Below are positions 10,450 to 19,904 of a stretch of 64,000 bases of DNA, piece after piece. The stretch spans positions 60,016,001 to 60,080,000 of the forward strand of contig NW_027362761.1 in assembly GCF_046119375.1 (NCBI RefSeq), given 5' to 3'. The notes under the pieces were generated by a model. The model was not told the DNA's origin and searched no databases. It was given only the letters and a program-made list of their open reading frames with translations. Both the position numbers and the translations under genes were made by a program. The DNA comes from Phyllobates terribilis (taxonomy: Eukaryota). Position 1 is the stretch's first letter. Each line of letters opens with the position of its first letter.

Positions 10450-11442
10450 TGTGACACCCCAGGGGTCTGGTTGCCACAGTGATAGAGATATTACGTCTGA
10501 GAGCAGGTGGGAGGTCCTTTGGTCAAGGATCCTGTGCATGCCACACCTCCTGCCCAGTCTTGGGAGGGGAAGAACTTCCCCTATATAAACCCGGGGCTGA
10601 AGCAGGGTTAGCAGTCAAGGAGAGTAGAGACAAGAAACAGTCACAGGAAGAAACAGCAGAAGCTCAGTGGGAGCAATACTACTACAAGTCAGGGGCTGGC
10701 AGCTGCAGAGCTCGCCCTGACTGAGAAGATTTCTTACCGGACCCGGAGTCCGAGGCTGTGGGGACTAACTCCTACCCAGCAGCAGAATCCGTCAGGCAGG
10801 GGATTTCAGGTCCTCTGGCCAAGAAGCCCGAAGGCACGGTCACACGCGTGGGACCAGCACCGCCATCGTGGAGCGGAAGCCATTAGAAGGCCCCGAGTCA
10901 CCGGCCATACGGGTGAGCACCACACGGTACACTCAGGGACGTGGGCTACTTATACCCGCTTCTAGCAAGGTAGCCAGAAGAGTACAGTCAGTTTGGGAGG
11001 CCTACAACTCCACCTGGCCAGGGGAGATCCCATCTGCTCAAGGACTGACCAGGCCCCAATCGCTAGCCAGTACTCCGGGAGGGTCTATCATTGTCACCAG
11101 TAAAGACCCTGAACTACACAGTACCGTCTCCGAGTGGTTCCTGCTACCCCCATCATCCACATCTGCTGCCCTGAGGCCATACCCCTCCCGTTGGGGGTTA
11201 TACCATCTACGCTGCACCATCCATCCACCGGCCTCAGCGGACTGTCCTGCAGCGGCAGCTCCATAGCTGCATTCAACGGGTGGCGTAGTCGTACAACATC
11301 TACCGCCGATACAGCGCCACTTAGTCTGACTCCCTGGGCACGGACCGGGTCACCGCCACGAGACTACAACCCTCAACAGATCCGGCTCCGGGTAAGCTCC
11401 CGCATGCGCAACGCTGCGCGACACGGGCCCAGGGGTGCGTCA
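10450..11442 (+). repeat. 5' LTR of copy A
   Basis: TGTGACACCCC...GGGGTGCGTCA. TATATAAA at 10582-10589 and AGTAAA at 11099-11104. Three substitutions seen versus the 3' LTR. Confidence 0.97.
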
Positions 11443-11447
11443 ACTTT

Positions 11448-11465
11448 TGGCGTAGTCGGCAGGAT
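11448..11465 (+). promoter_or_regulatory. Primer-binding site complementary to the tRNA-Ser 3' end
   Basis: TGGCGTAGTCGGCAGGAT is the reverse complement of ATCCTGCCGACTACG-CCA, the 3' end of vertebrate tRNA-Ser(AGA/UGA class) as recalled. It starts 5 nt after the LTR. Confidence 0.9.
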
Positions 11466-11532
11466 CTCGTGCCCGCAACCACCGGGTACTGCGTGCCTGA
11501 AAAAGACTGTTCAAACTTACCAGTGGTGAAGA

Positions 11533-11660
11533 TTCCCGCCATCCAGCGCCATCTTCTACCTTCTTCCCGCCATCCGCGAAGTTTTCCCGCCATCCGGCGC
11601 CATCTTCAGCCTTCTTCCCGCCATACGTGGAGTTTTCCCGCCATTGGACGCCATCTTGAG
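11533..11660 (+). repeat. 51-bp tandem repeat in the Gypsy leader (about 2.5 units)
   Basis: CGCCATCTT at 11547, 11598 and 11649 (period 51). Eight CGCCAT copies in total. Also present in copy B at about 29260-29390. Confidence 0.9.
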
Positions 11661-11883
11661 GACGCCGCGCGGGAAGAAGAGGGGCGTGGACTCCGAAAGC
11701 GCGCGAGAACTGAAGCCCCGCCTCACGTCCGGACGTTGCGTAAGGTCCTGGAAGGAGCCCAGCAGACGCCGACGTCACAGGAGCGCGACGGAAGGTCCTC
11801 AACCCTGACGATCCACTGAGGAGCCGCGGCCTACGGAAGAGGATCATCGCAAGGTAGGCCACGGTCCACTAGGGGGGAGAAGG

Positions 11884-12844
11884 ATGTCGGATACGGAGGA
11901 GAGCTTCACTGCCTCAACCCCCGCCAGCGCTACCGCTGCTGCAGTTATGCCCTTCACCATGCCCTATATCCCGGGAGCAGCTTGGCTACCCCAGTACTCA
12001 GGGGAGTCACATACCCTGCATGACTTTAGAGAAAAGCTGGATAGCCTCTTCCATGTGTACCCCCTCACAGAAGAGCAAAAAGTGAGCATCCTGGTGGCCC
12101 AACTAACCGGGGCAGCCAAAAGGGAAGTAAAATCCTGGCCACCTGGGAGGAAGACTGTCGCAGGGATACTAACCCGGCTGAAGGACACCTTTGATACCCG
12201 CACCTCAGCCGAGATTAAGCTTAGATTCTACGGGTGCAAGCAGCGAGCGCATGAGAGTATAAGGGACTATGCACTAAACCTACAAGAGGCCCTGAGGGCC
12301 ATTAAGCAGACCGACCCTGATGGAGTGGGAAACGAGGACAGGCTGTTGACCGAACAGTTTATAGAGGGACTATATTGTAATACCCACCGAACCCAGTTGC
12401 GGGCAATGGCCTTGCAGGATCCCCAAGGACAGAGCCATCCGGGTGCTCCGAGAACCGGCACCAGGTGGCGTTGTGACCCACAGGTGCCCCACTACCACTT
12501 ACCACCAGGAGGCGGCGCCCTTGTCGGCAGGGCCTGTGGGAGCTGATGCGCAGGCTTTGGACAATGACCCGGCTCCAGACCTACACCATCAGGTCCAAGA
12601 GCTAGCTAAGAGCGTTGCTGCGCTAACCCGAACTGTGCAGTCTTTACAGGTTTCCACTGCAGGGAAGATCCAGCTGGCATCCGGACCGGAGGACATCCCG
12701 TGGCGTCGACCAAGGAGGACCCCACCGGCCAGAGGAAGACCCAGTGACCGATACAGCGAGGACGGACGACCCATCTGCCGCCGCTGCAATCAACCCGGAC
12801 ATATGGCAAGGTACTGTTCTTTAAACGGACACAACCTGGGGTAG
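11884..12844 (+). pseudogene. gag of copy A, frameshifted by a 20-bp deletion
   Basis: Relative to B, ATCTGGACTTTGCACAGTTC is missing after 12424. The CCHC knuckle CRRCNQPGHMARYC is retained in the downstream frame. Confidence 0.92.
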
Positions 12845-12878
12845 AGGGCCAACCCCCAGGAAAAAGATCACCAGGCCC
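12820..12878 (+). promoter_or_regulatory. Programmed -1 ribosomal frameshift signal (U UUA AAC plus predicted pseudoknot), copy A
   Basis: The heptamer at 12820-12826 is in gag phase, and a -1 shift reads through into the pol frame (RTQPGVEG...RYVGGRPV). Stems CCTGGGG/CCCCAGG and GGGCC/GGCCC. Confidence 0.85.
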
Positions 12879-12900
12879 ATCGAACTGGCGCGACAGATAT

Positions 12901-15900
12901 GTGGGAGGACGTCCAGTCTTGCCTGTGGTACTGGATGGCATTCCCATGAGTGCCCTACTGGACACCGGGTCACAGGTCACCACCATCCCGTACGTGCTCT
13001 TTAAGCAATACTGGAATGACTCGGATATTACCCGCTACCCTGACGACGACTTGAGTATCATCGCCAGCAATGGCCAGCCCGTGCCACAGATCGGATTTAA
13101 AGAAGTGACCATCAAAATCGGTAGAGTCGAACTGGCAGCACAGGGACTGATCATTGTAGATATTGACAAACATGAGAGTCACCCAAAAATAACTCTAGGA
13201 ACTAATGTAATTGAAAATTGTCTTGCAGAGGTGATTTTCCTTCTACAGCAGGTTGCCAAGAACGCCAGTTCCGGCGAGCAGCGGGTGCTCCAGAAAGAGA
13301 TCCGGGCACTGATGCGACGGCAACAGGTGGAACTCTCCGGCGGTGAGATTGGTAGCGTAAGAATGTGTGACCCTTTTCCTATTGCCATGCCCCCAAAAAG
13401 TGAAATGATGATTTGGTGCCGGGCAGCTATTGGTCTGAGAGGTAGAGATTACCAGGCAATGGTAGAACCAGTTTACTCAGACAGTAGGCCCACCATCTTG
13501 ACAGCACGGGGGGTGGTTAATGTACGCCATGGGAGGGTGCCCGTTCGCATAATCAATATCGGGAAGAGGGAAGTGTACCTGCCCCGGTATGCCACGCTAG
13601 CCAAATTATATACCATTAACCAAAATGCTATACAATCTGTGGAACCCTTGCCTCCATCTCACCCGGAGGAAGGTAACGGCTCTAAGAAAACAAAGGAGGA
13701 CTGGTGTCAGCAACTACATTTGGGTACTGACTCCACTCCCTCACATCAGAAACAGGGAGTCTATCGGGTGGTTCAAGAGTACGAGAGAGTGTTTAGTAAA
13801 CACCCGTTAGACTTCGGGCGAGTCAAGGGGGTAGAACACCACATCCCCACGGGAGACCATCCTCCCATAAAAGAGAGGTATCGACCCGTACCCCCTGCAC
13901 ACTACCAACACGCCAAGGGGATGCTTAGAGACATGAAGGAGGCTGGGGTGATCAGGGATAGCTGTAGCCCCTGGGCAGCTCCACTAGTTTTAGTCAGAAA
14001 AAAAGACAACACCATGAGGATGTGTGTAGATTACCGGAAAATCAACCGTATCACACACAAGGATGCGTACCCCTTACCAAGGATAGAGGAGTCATTGGCT
14101 GCTTTAAGATCTGCTAACTTCTTCTCTACCTTGGATCTCACTAGCGGGTACTGGCAGGTTCCTGTAGCAGAGGCGGACCGGGAGAAGACCGCATTCACCA
14201 CCCCGATGGGACTTAGCGAGTTCACCTGCATGCCGTTCGGACTCTGCAATGCACCAGGAACCTTCCAACGACTAATGGAGTGTTGTCTGGGCCACAGAAA
14301 CTTCGAGACGGTCCTGTTGTACCTGGACGATGTCATCGTATATTCCAAGACGTATGAGGACCACCTGAAACACCTGGCGGAAGTGTTCGAAGCTCTGGCA
14401 AGTTACGGCCTAAAGGTGAAACCCTCCAAGTGTCACCTCCTGAAACCAAAGGTGCAGTACCTGGGACACGTGGTGAGCGCTGACGGAGTGGCTCCCGACC
14501 CTGATAAGATCACCGCAATTAAGGAATGGCCAAGCCCCTCCAGCGTAAAAGAAGTGCGGCAGTTCCTCGGGTTGGTAGGCTACTACCGAAGGTTTATTCA
14601 CGGTTTCACCAAAAAGGCAGCACCTATGCAGGACCTCCTGATAGGCCAGTCCCAGAAGGCCAAGAACCAGAAGCCGCCCTTCAAATGGGAGGAGCTGGAA
14701 GAAGAGTCCTTCCGCCAGCTGAAGATGGCCCTCACGGGGGACGAAATCCTGGCGTACCCGGATTATAGCCAGCCCTTTATCCTCTACACCGACGCCAGTA
14801 ACATCGGGCTAGGAGCCGTACTGTCCCAGATCCAGCAGGGGAAGGAACGAGTAATCGCCTACGCCAGCCGAAAACTGCGACCCACCGAAAGGAACCCCGA
14901 GAATTACAGCTCATTTAAGTTAGAGTTCCTGGCCGTAGTATGGGCAGTCACCGAGCGCTTTAAGCATTACCTCGCTTCTTCCCGGTTCACCGTGTACACG
15001 GATAACAACCCGTTGACACACCTGGACACGGCAAGACTCGGTGCCCTGGAGCAGAGGTGGATGGCCCGTCTGTCCAACTTCGAGTTCACAATCAAATACC
15101 GGGCAGGACGCTCCAATACCAACGCGGACGCCCTGTCCAGGATGCCCAACCTGCCGGACGGAGGAGAAGATCCGGAGGGACTGGAAGAAGTTGAACTCCC
15201 TGCGTTCCACCGTCATGGGACTATCCAGTATTCCCACCGGGTAAGGAGTAAGCAGGCTGCTACGTTGAACCCCTTACCCCACTACAACTGGGCGGAAACG
15301 CAAGACAGCGACCCTGCCGTCCGACTGGTGAAGGAGATGCTGACTCGGCCGGAGGCTCGCCTTGAACCAGACGCTCCGGAGGAAGCCAAACAACTATGGG
15401 CAGAGAAGAGTCGACTGTTCCTTTACAAAGGGAAGTTGTGCCGCAGAATGGTTAACTCCCAGACGCATGAATTACTCTGGCAAGTAGTGGTGCCACGAAG
15501 AGACGCAGCCATGGTGATGGAGGCATACCACGACGGAGCTGGACACTTCGGGTGGAAGAAGCTGGAGTTCCTGCTGCGCGAGCGGTTCCACTGGGTAGGC
15601 ATGAGGGGAACCATCGAGAAGTGGTGCAGAGACTGTGGCCCGTGCAACCTGAGAAGGAAGGACCGTGACAGCAGAAGACTCCCCTGCAGTCCATCGTCAC
15701 CCGGCAACCGTTGGAACTGGTAGCCTTGGATCATGTAAAACTGACCCCAAGCAGAAGTGGCTACGTCTACGCGTTAACCATCGTGGATCATTACTCCCGG
15801 TTTCTGGTTGTCGTCCCCGTCAAGGACTTAACGGCTCAAACAGCAGCTAGAGCCTTCCAGCAGCACTTTTGCCGTCCACACGGGTACCCGGACCAAGTGC

Positions 15901-16955
15901 TGACGGACCAGGGACCTGCCTTTGAAGCGGAGGTCTTCCAGGAATTCTGCAATCTGTATGGCTGCCGGAAGATAAGGACGACACCCTACCATCCGCAAAC
16001 TAATGGACTTTGTGAGAAAATGAACCAGGTGGTAATGGATCTTCTAAAAACGTTGCCCCTGGAAGAACGCAGTCTGTGGCCTGAGAAGTTGCCCGATCTG
16101 GTGGACCTATACAACCACATCCCGGTAGGTTCCACCAACTGTACCCCGGCTTACCTAATGAGGGCAAGACCTGGTAAGTTACCTGTTGACCTGGAAATGG
16201 GAGTCCTGACACCCGAGGACACTTCACCAGAAGCAGACTGGGACACAGAGAGGCAGCAGCAGTACCGGAGAGTACAGGAGAGCGTGGAGCGAAGTCTCTG
16301 TCAGGCTAGGGAAAGACAAGAGAAAACTTACAACCAGTATGCTCCCGCTGTTCCCCTGGTACCCGGAGAGCAGGTCTTGAAGAGGAAGAGACGGCTCCAC
16401 AAGTTGGACGACCAGTGGGAAAAGGACCCGTACACCGTACTGCCCTCAAGCCACGAGAACCCGAAGGTTTGTACCATCAGTAAAGACGGAGGGGAAACCA
16501 CAGCTATTGTATCCCGGGACCACCTGAAGAAGTGTCTCGAACAACTGAGGAACCCTGAAGAGGAACAAGAAGACCATCGACCCGTAGAGGAAAGGGAAGA
16601 TATGGTTAGTACTGTGCTCGGGAACTTCCCTCGGTCTTGGACTCAAGTCAATGGTGCAGTTGTGGTACCCGTACTCACCTTCCTCCAACCAGCATCCCAA
16701 GCACCTACGGAGCAACAGGTAGAGCTGGAAGAACAGCCGGTCTAGGAGGCAGAAGACTCCACACAAGCAGAACAGGAGGATCAACCCTCTGCTTATAGTG
16801 AGCCTGCCGTACCCCTAGTGAGACAAAGAGCCGGTAGACAGCTGCCCAGTTTACCCTTGACAGCTCCTACACCCTGTAGTTCAGGGCCAGACAGTCAGCT
16901 CCGTAGGTCCACTAGGGCCACTAGAGGCCAGTTACCCGCACGCTGGAGGATTTGA
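12901..16955 (+). pseudogene. pol (PR-RT-RNase H-IN) of copy A, disrupted
   Basis: Motifs LLDTGS, YLDD, LYTDAS and HHCC are present. A 1-bp deletion near 15672 and CAG>TAG at 16743-16745 relative to B. Confidence 0.93.
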
Positions 16956-17314
16956 AGTGTATAAATTGTTTTATTTATGTTTATCTGTGTATTGTTGCTT
17001 GTGTATAATTTTGTGTTTCCAGTTATTTTTAGGAGTCCTTGGTGGATTTACCGGGAATCCTTGTACATAGTTGGAGCGTAACCCAGGATGGACTAGAGAC
17101 TGTTAAGGACTCGGGGTAGGACAGACCCCTACCTGGTTACGTCTCCCTGTTTTGGTGAAATGGACACCTTGCTTTCTTCAAAGACTGCACCCGGTTGCGG
17201 ACACGCCGCAACCATCTTATGTGTTTTTCTTATTGTATTGTTATTGTTATACCTTGTTATGTTTTTCTAAAAAATATGTTTAGTCCCGGAGTACTAAATT
17301 TCACTAGGGGGGAA

Positions 17315-18307
17315 TGTGACACCCCAGGGGTCTGGTTGCCACAGTGATAGAGATATTACGTCTGAGAGCAGGTGGGAGGTCCTTTGGTCAAGGATCCTGT
17401 GCATGCCACACCTCCTGCCCAGTCTTGGGAGGGGAAGAACTTCCCCTATATAAACCCGGGGCTGAAGCAGGGTTAGCAGTCAAGGAGAGTAGAGACAAGA
17501 AACAGTCACAGGAAGAAACAGCAGAAGCTCAGTGGGAGCAATACTACTACAAGTCAGGGGCTGGCAGCTGCAGAGCTCGCCCTGACTGAGAAGATTTCTT
17601 ACCGGACCCGGAGTCCGAGGCTGTGGGGACTAACTCCTACCCAGCAGCAGAATCCGTCAGGCAGGGGATTTCAGGTCCTCTGGCCAAGAAGCCCGAAGGC
17701 ACGGTCACACGCGTGGGACCAGCACCGCCATCGTGGAGCGGAAGCCATTAGAAGGCCCCGAGTCACCGGCCATACGGGTGAGCACCACACGGTACACTCA
17801 GGGACGTGGGCTACTTATACCCGCTTCTAGCAAGGTAGCCAGAAGAGTACAGTCAGTTTGGGAGGCCTACAACTCCACCTGGCCAGGGGAGATCCCATCT
17901 GCTCAAGGACTGACCAGGCCCCAATCGCTAGCCAGTACTCCGGGAGGGTCTATCATTGTCACCAGTAAAGACCCTGAACTACACAGTACCGTCTCCGAGT
18001 GGTTCCTGCTACCCCCATCATCCACATCTGCTGCCCTGAGGCCATACCCCTCCCGTTGGGGGTTATACCATCTACGCTGCACCATCCATCCACCGGCCTC
18101 AGCGGACTGTCCTGCAGCGGCAGCTCCATAGCTGCATTCAACGGGTGGCGTAGTCGTACAGCATCTACCGCCGATACAGCGCCACTTAGTCTGACTCCCT
18201 GGGCACGGACTGGGTCACCGCCACGAGACTACAACCCTCAACAGATCCGGCTCCGGGTAAGCTCCCGCATGCGCAACGCTGCGCGACACAGGCCCAGGGG
18301 TGCGTCA
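17315..18307 (+). repeat. 3' LTR of copy A
   Basis: Direct repeat of 10450-11442 (offset 6865), preceded by PPT AGGGGGGAA. Confidence 0.97.
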
Positions 18308-18380
18308 TAAACATTTATTAAAACATTTATTCTTTATGAGAGTGTTTTTTTAAGGTGCTGTTCTGCAGTATATCACAGTT

Positions 18381-18585
18381 AGGCCACGGCCCCACTATCA
18401 GTATTTGGTCAATATTCGGTCACTATTTTTTCTCAGGAGTGGGAGCCAAAACCAGGTGAGGAACAATCAGAGAAAAGATATAATAGAAACAAGTCACCAA
18501 TGCTGCACTTATCACCCACTCCTGGTGTTGTCTCCCACTCCAAAGAAAAAATACTGACCAAATACTGATAATGGGGCCGTGGCCT
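18381..18585. mobile_element. Palindromic MITE
   Basis: AGGCCACGGCCCCACTATCAGTATTTGGTCA ... TGACCAAATACTGATAATGGGGCCGTGGCCT. Confidence 0.8.
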
Positions 18586-18799
18586 TACACAGACTCTATA
18601 GGTCCAGCACCTCCCTACTAGCTGAATCTGTGTATAATCATTCAAAGACTTAGACTACCACTCCCAATTTCTTTGTTATTCAGTGCTGTAGTAGTAAACC
18701 ACACACTGATTTAGGTCTTTCTATCACTATGTGTAATGATGAATTGTGCACTTTGACATCCATTCTCTAAGCTGTAAAACCCTAAATGGCCACTGCTTT

Positions 18800-19132
18800 C
18801 TTGACTTCATCTTTTACAGTGCCAATGACAGTCTCCTCTGATTGGCTGCGCTAGACCATGTGATATTATAGCTACAAGAGACTCACACGCGACCATGCCT
18901 GGCATCATGTGAACATGCTGTAACTCGGCCATGGCTGATATCATGTGAACATGCTCTCTGGCTGCTGCCAGCAATGTGTGAAGTACTGAAGTGGCATTCG
19001 GCGTGATTTTTCTTATGGTGATCTGCTCAAATTGAATCACAAATTGTTTCAATTCATCGGGACCTGCGAATTTCATCAACTTCGATGTGAATCGTGAATT
19101 CAATTTGCAGTGCATTCATTTGATCATCTCTA
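18800..19132 (-). mobile_element. Terminal fragment of a hAT-type non-autonomous element
   Basis: Ends ...GATCATCTCTA (reverse complement TAGAGATGATC), the terminus type shared with the hAT elements at 47772 and 57014. The left boundary is approximate. Confidence 0.5.
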
Positions 19133-19390
19133 CTCCTACATATATTTTCTTCAAGCAAATAGAGCATGATTATTTTTACATTATGACTATACTGGATGTG
19201 ATACTGGATAGAATGGCATTCAGAGCCACTTTTTTGGACAAGTCCAGTACCCTGTCTATTACCAATGTAGTTTAATTTTTAAAATTAAATTCCATAAATT
19301 ATACTTGGTTATGAGAATCTTAAGAGGTTCTCTGTAAAGGTATGTGCACACTGTACATTTTTACAATGTTTTTTCCGTGTGGAAATGGTC

Positions 19391-19427
19391 GTCTCTTGAA
19401 AAAGGCAGATGAAACGCGCGTCGAGGC
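19391..19427 (+). ncRNA. Minimal type I hammerhead ribozyme motif (U3-A8 variant)
   Basis: Stem I GUCUC/GAGGC, core UUGAAAA, very short stem II, GAAA, stem III AC-GCGC-GU (palindromic), cleavage triplet GUC (C at 19422). Confidence 0.65.
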
Positions 19428-19800
19428 GCGTCTGCTTCATCACCACCTGCACACCAGGGACTCCTTTGGATCAGTGGACTTTATAGCTTGAACTTTTTAG
19501 GTGAGTGGCAGTGCTGGAAGTGGAATAATAGGCTGTCCATCAGAAGGGAATTTTCCACATGCCCTGGTCCATCTGGACCTTCCAAACTTCAGGGGACTCT
19601 CCTGTCATTCATGCTGCACTAATAATACCTTTACTGATCTATATCTATTGTCACACATCTCTGAACCCAAAGCATTTATGTGTCCTTGGTTTGCTTGGCA
19701 CCTTGCACTTTATACCTCCTATTCTATTTATATGAAGTTATTGGTATGTCTTATCATGTAAATTGTATCCAATAAAATGATGTTTTTATTGCCGCAATAC
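19391..19800 (+). mobile_element. Penelope-like element pseudo-LTR remnant
   Basis: A hammerhead motif is followed by about 400 bp ending in AATAAA, the typical layout of PLE pLTRs. No RT or GIY-YIG ORF is present. Confidence 0.5.
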
Positions 19801-19904
19801 TCACATGTTCTCCTTTCTTTATCTATATACTGTTTGAGTAGGCTACATCCGACCCATGTCCTGGCATCCCTAACCAGGTATGATGGTTCGTCTGGTAAAT
19901 TGAG

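Larger units (their letters stand above)
10450..18307 (+). mobile_element. Full-length Ty3/Gypsy LTR retrotransposon, copy A (defective)
   Basis: Two 993-bp LTRs (TG...CA), PBS, gag, PR-RT-RH-IN order, PPT at 17306-17314 and a 4-bp TSD TAAA (10446-10449 / 18308-18311). Confidence 0.98.

Noticed and set aside
10868-11266. 132-139-codon ORFs inside the A and B LTRs
   Set aside because: They start with GTG, the A/B differences are largely amino-acid-changing, the C-termini are frameshifted relative to each other, and no domain is recognisable. Consistent with GC-rich non-coding DNA.
12970-16784. Many short antisense and alternative-frame ORFs over gag-pol (mirrored in B)
   Set aside because: They are by-products of the coding strand. 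They recur in both copies only because the copies are near-identical.
16956-17314. Possible env or third ORF after pol
   Set aside because: Only about 360 bp of AT-rich UTR with no ORF.
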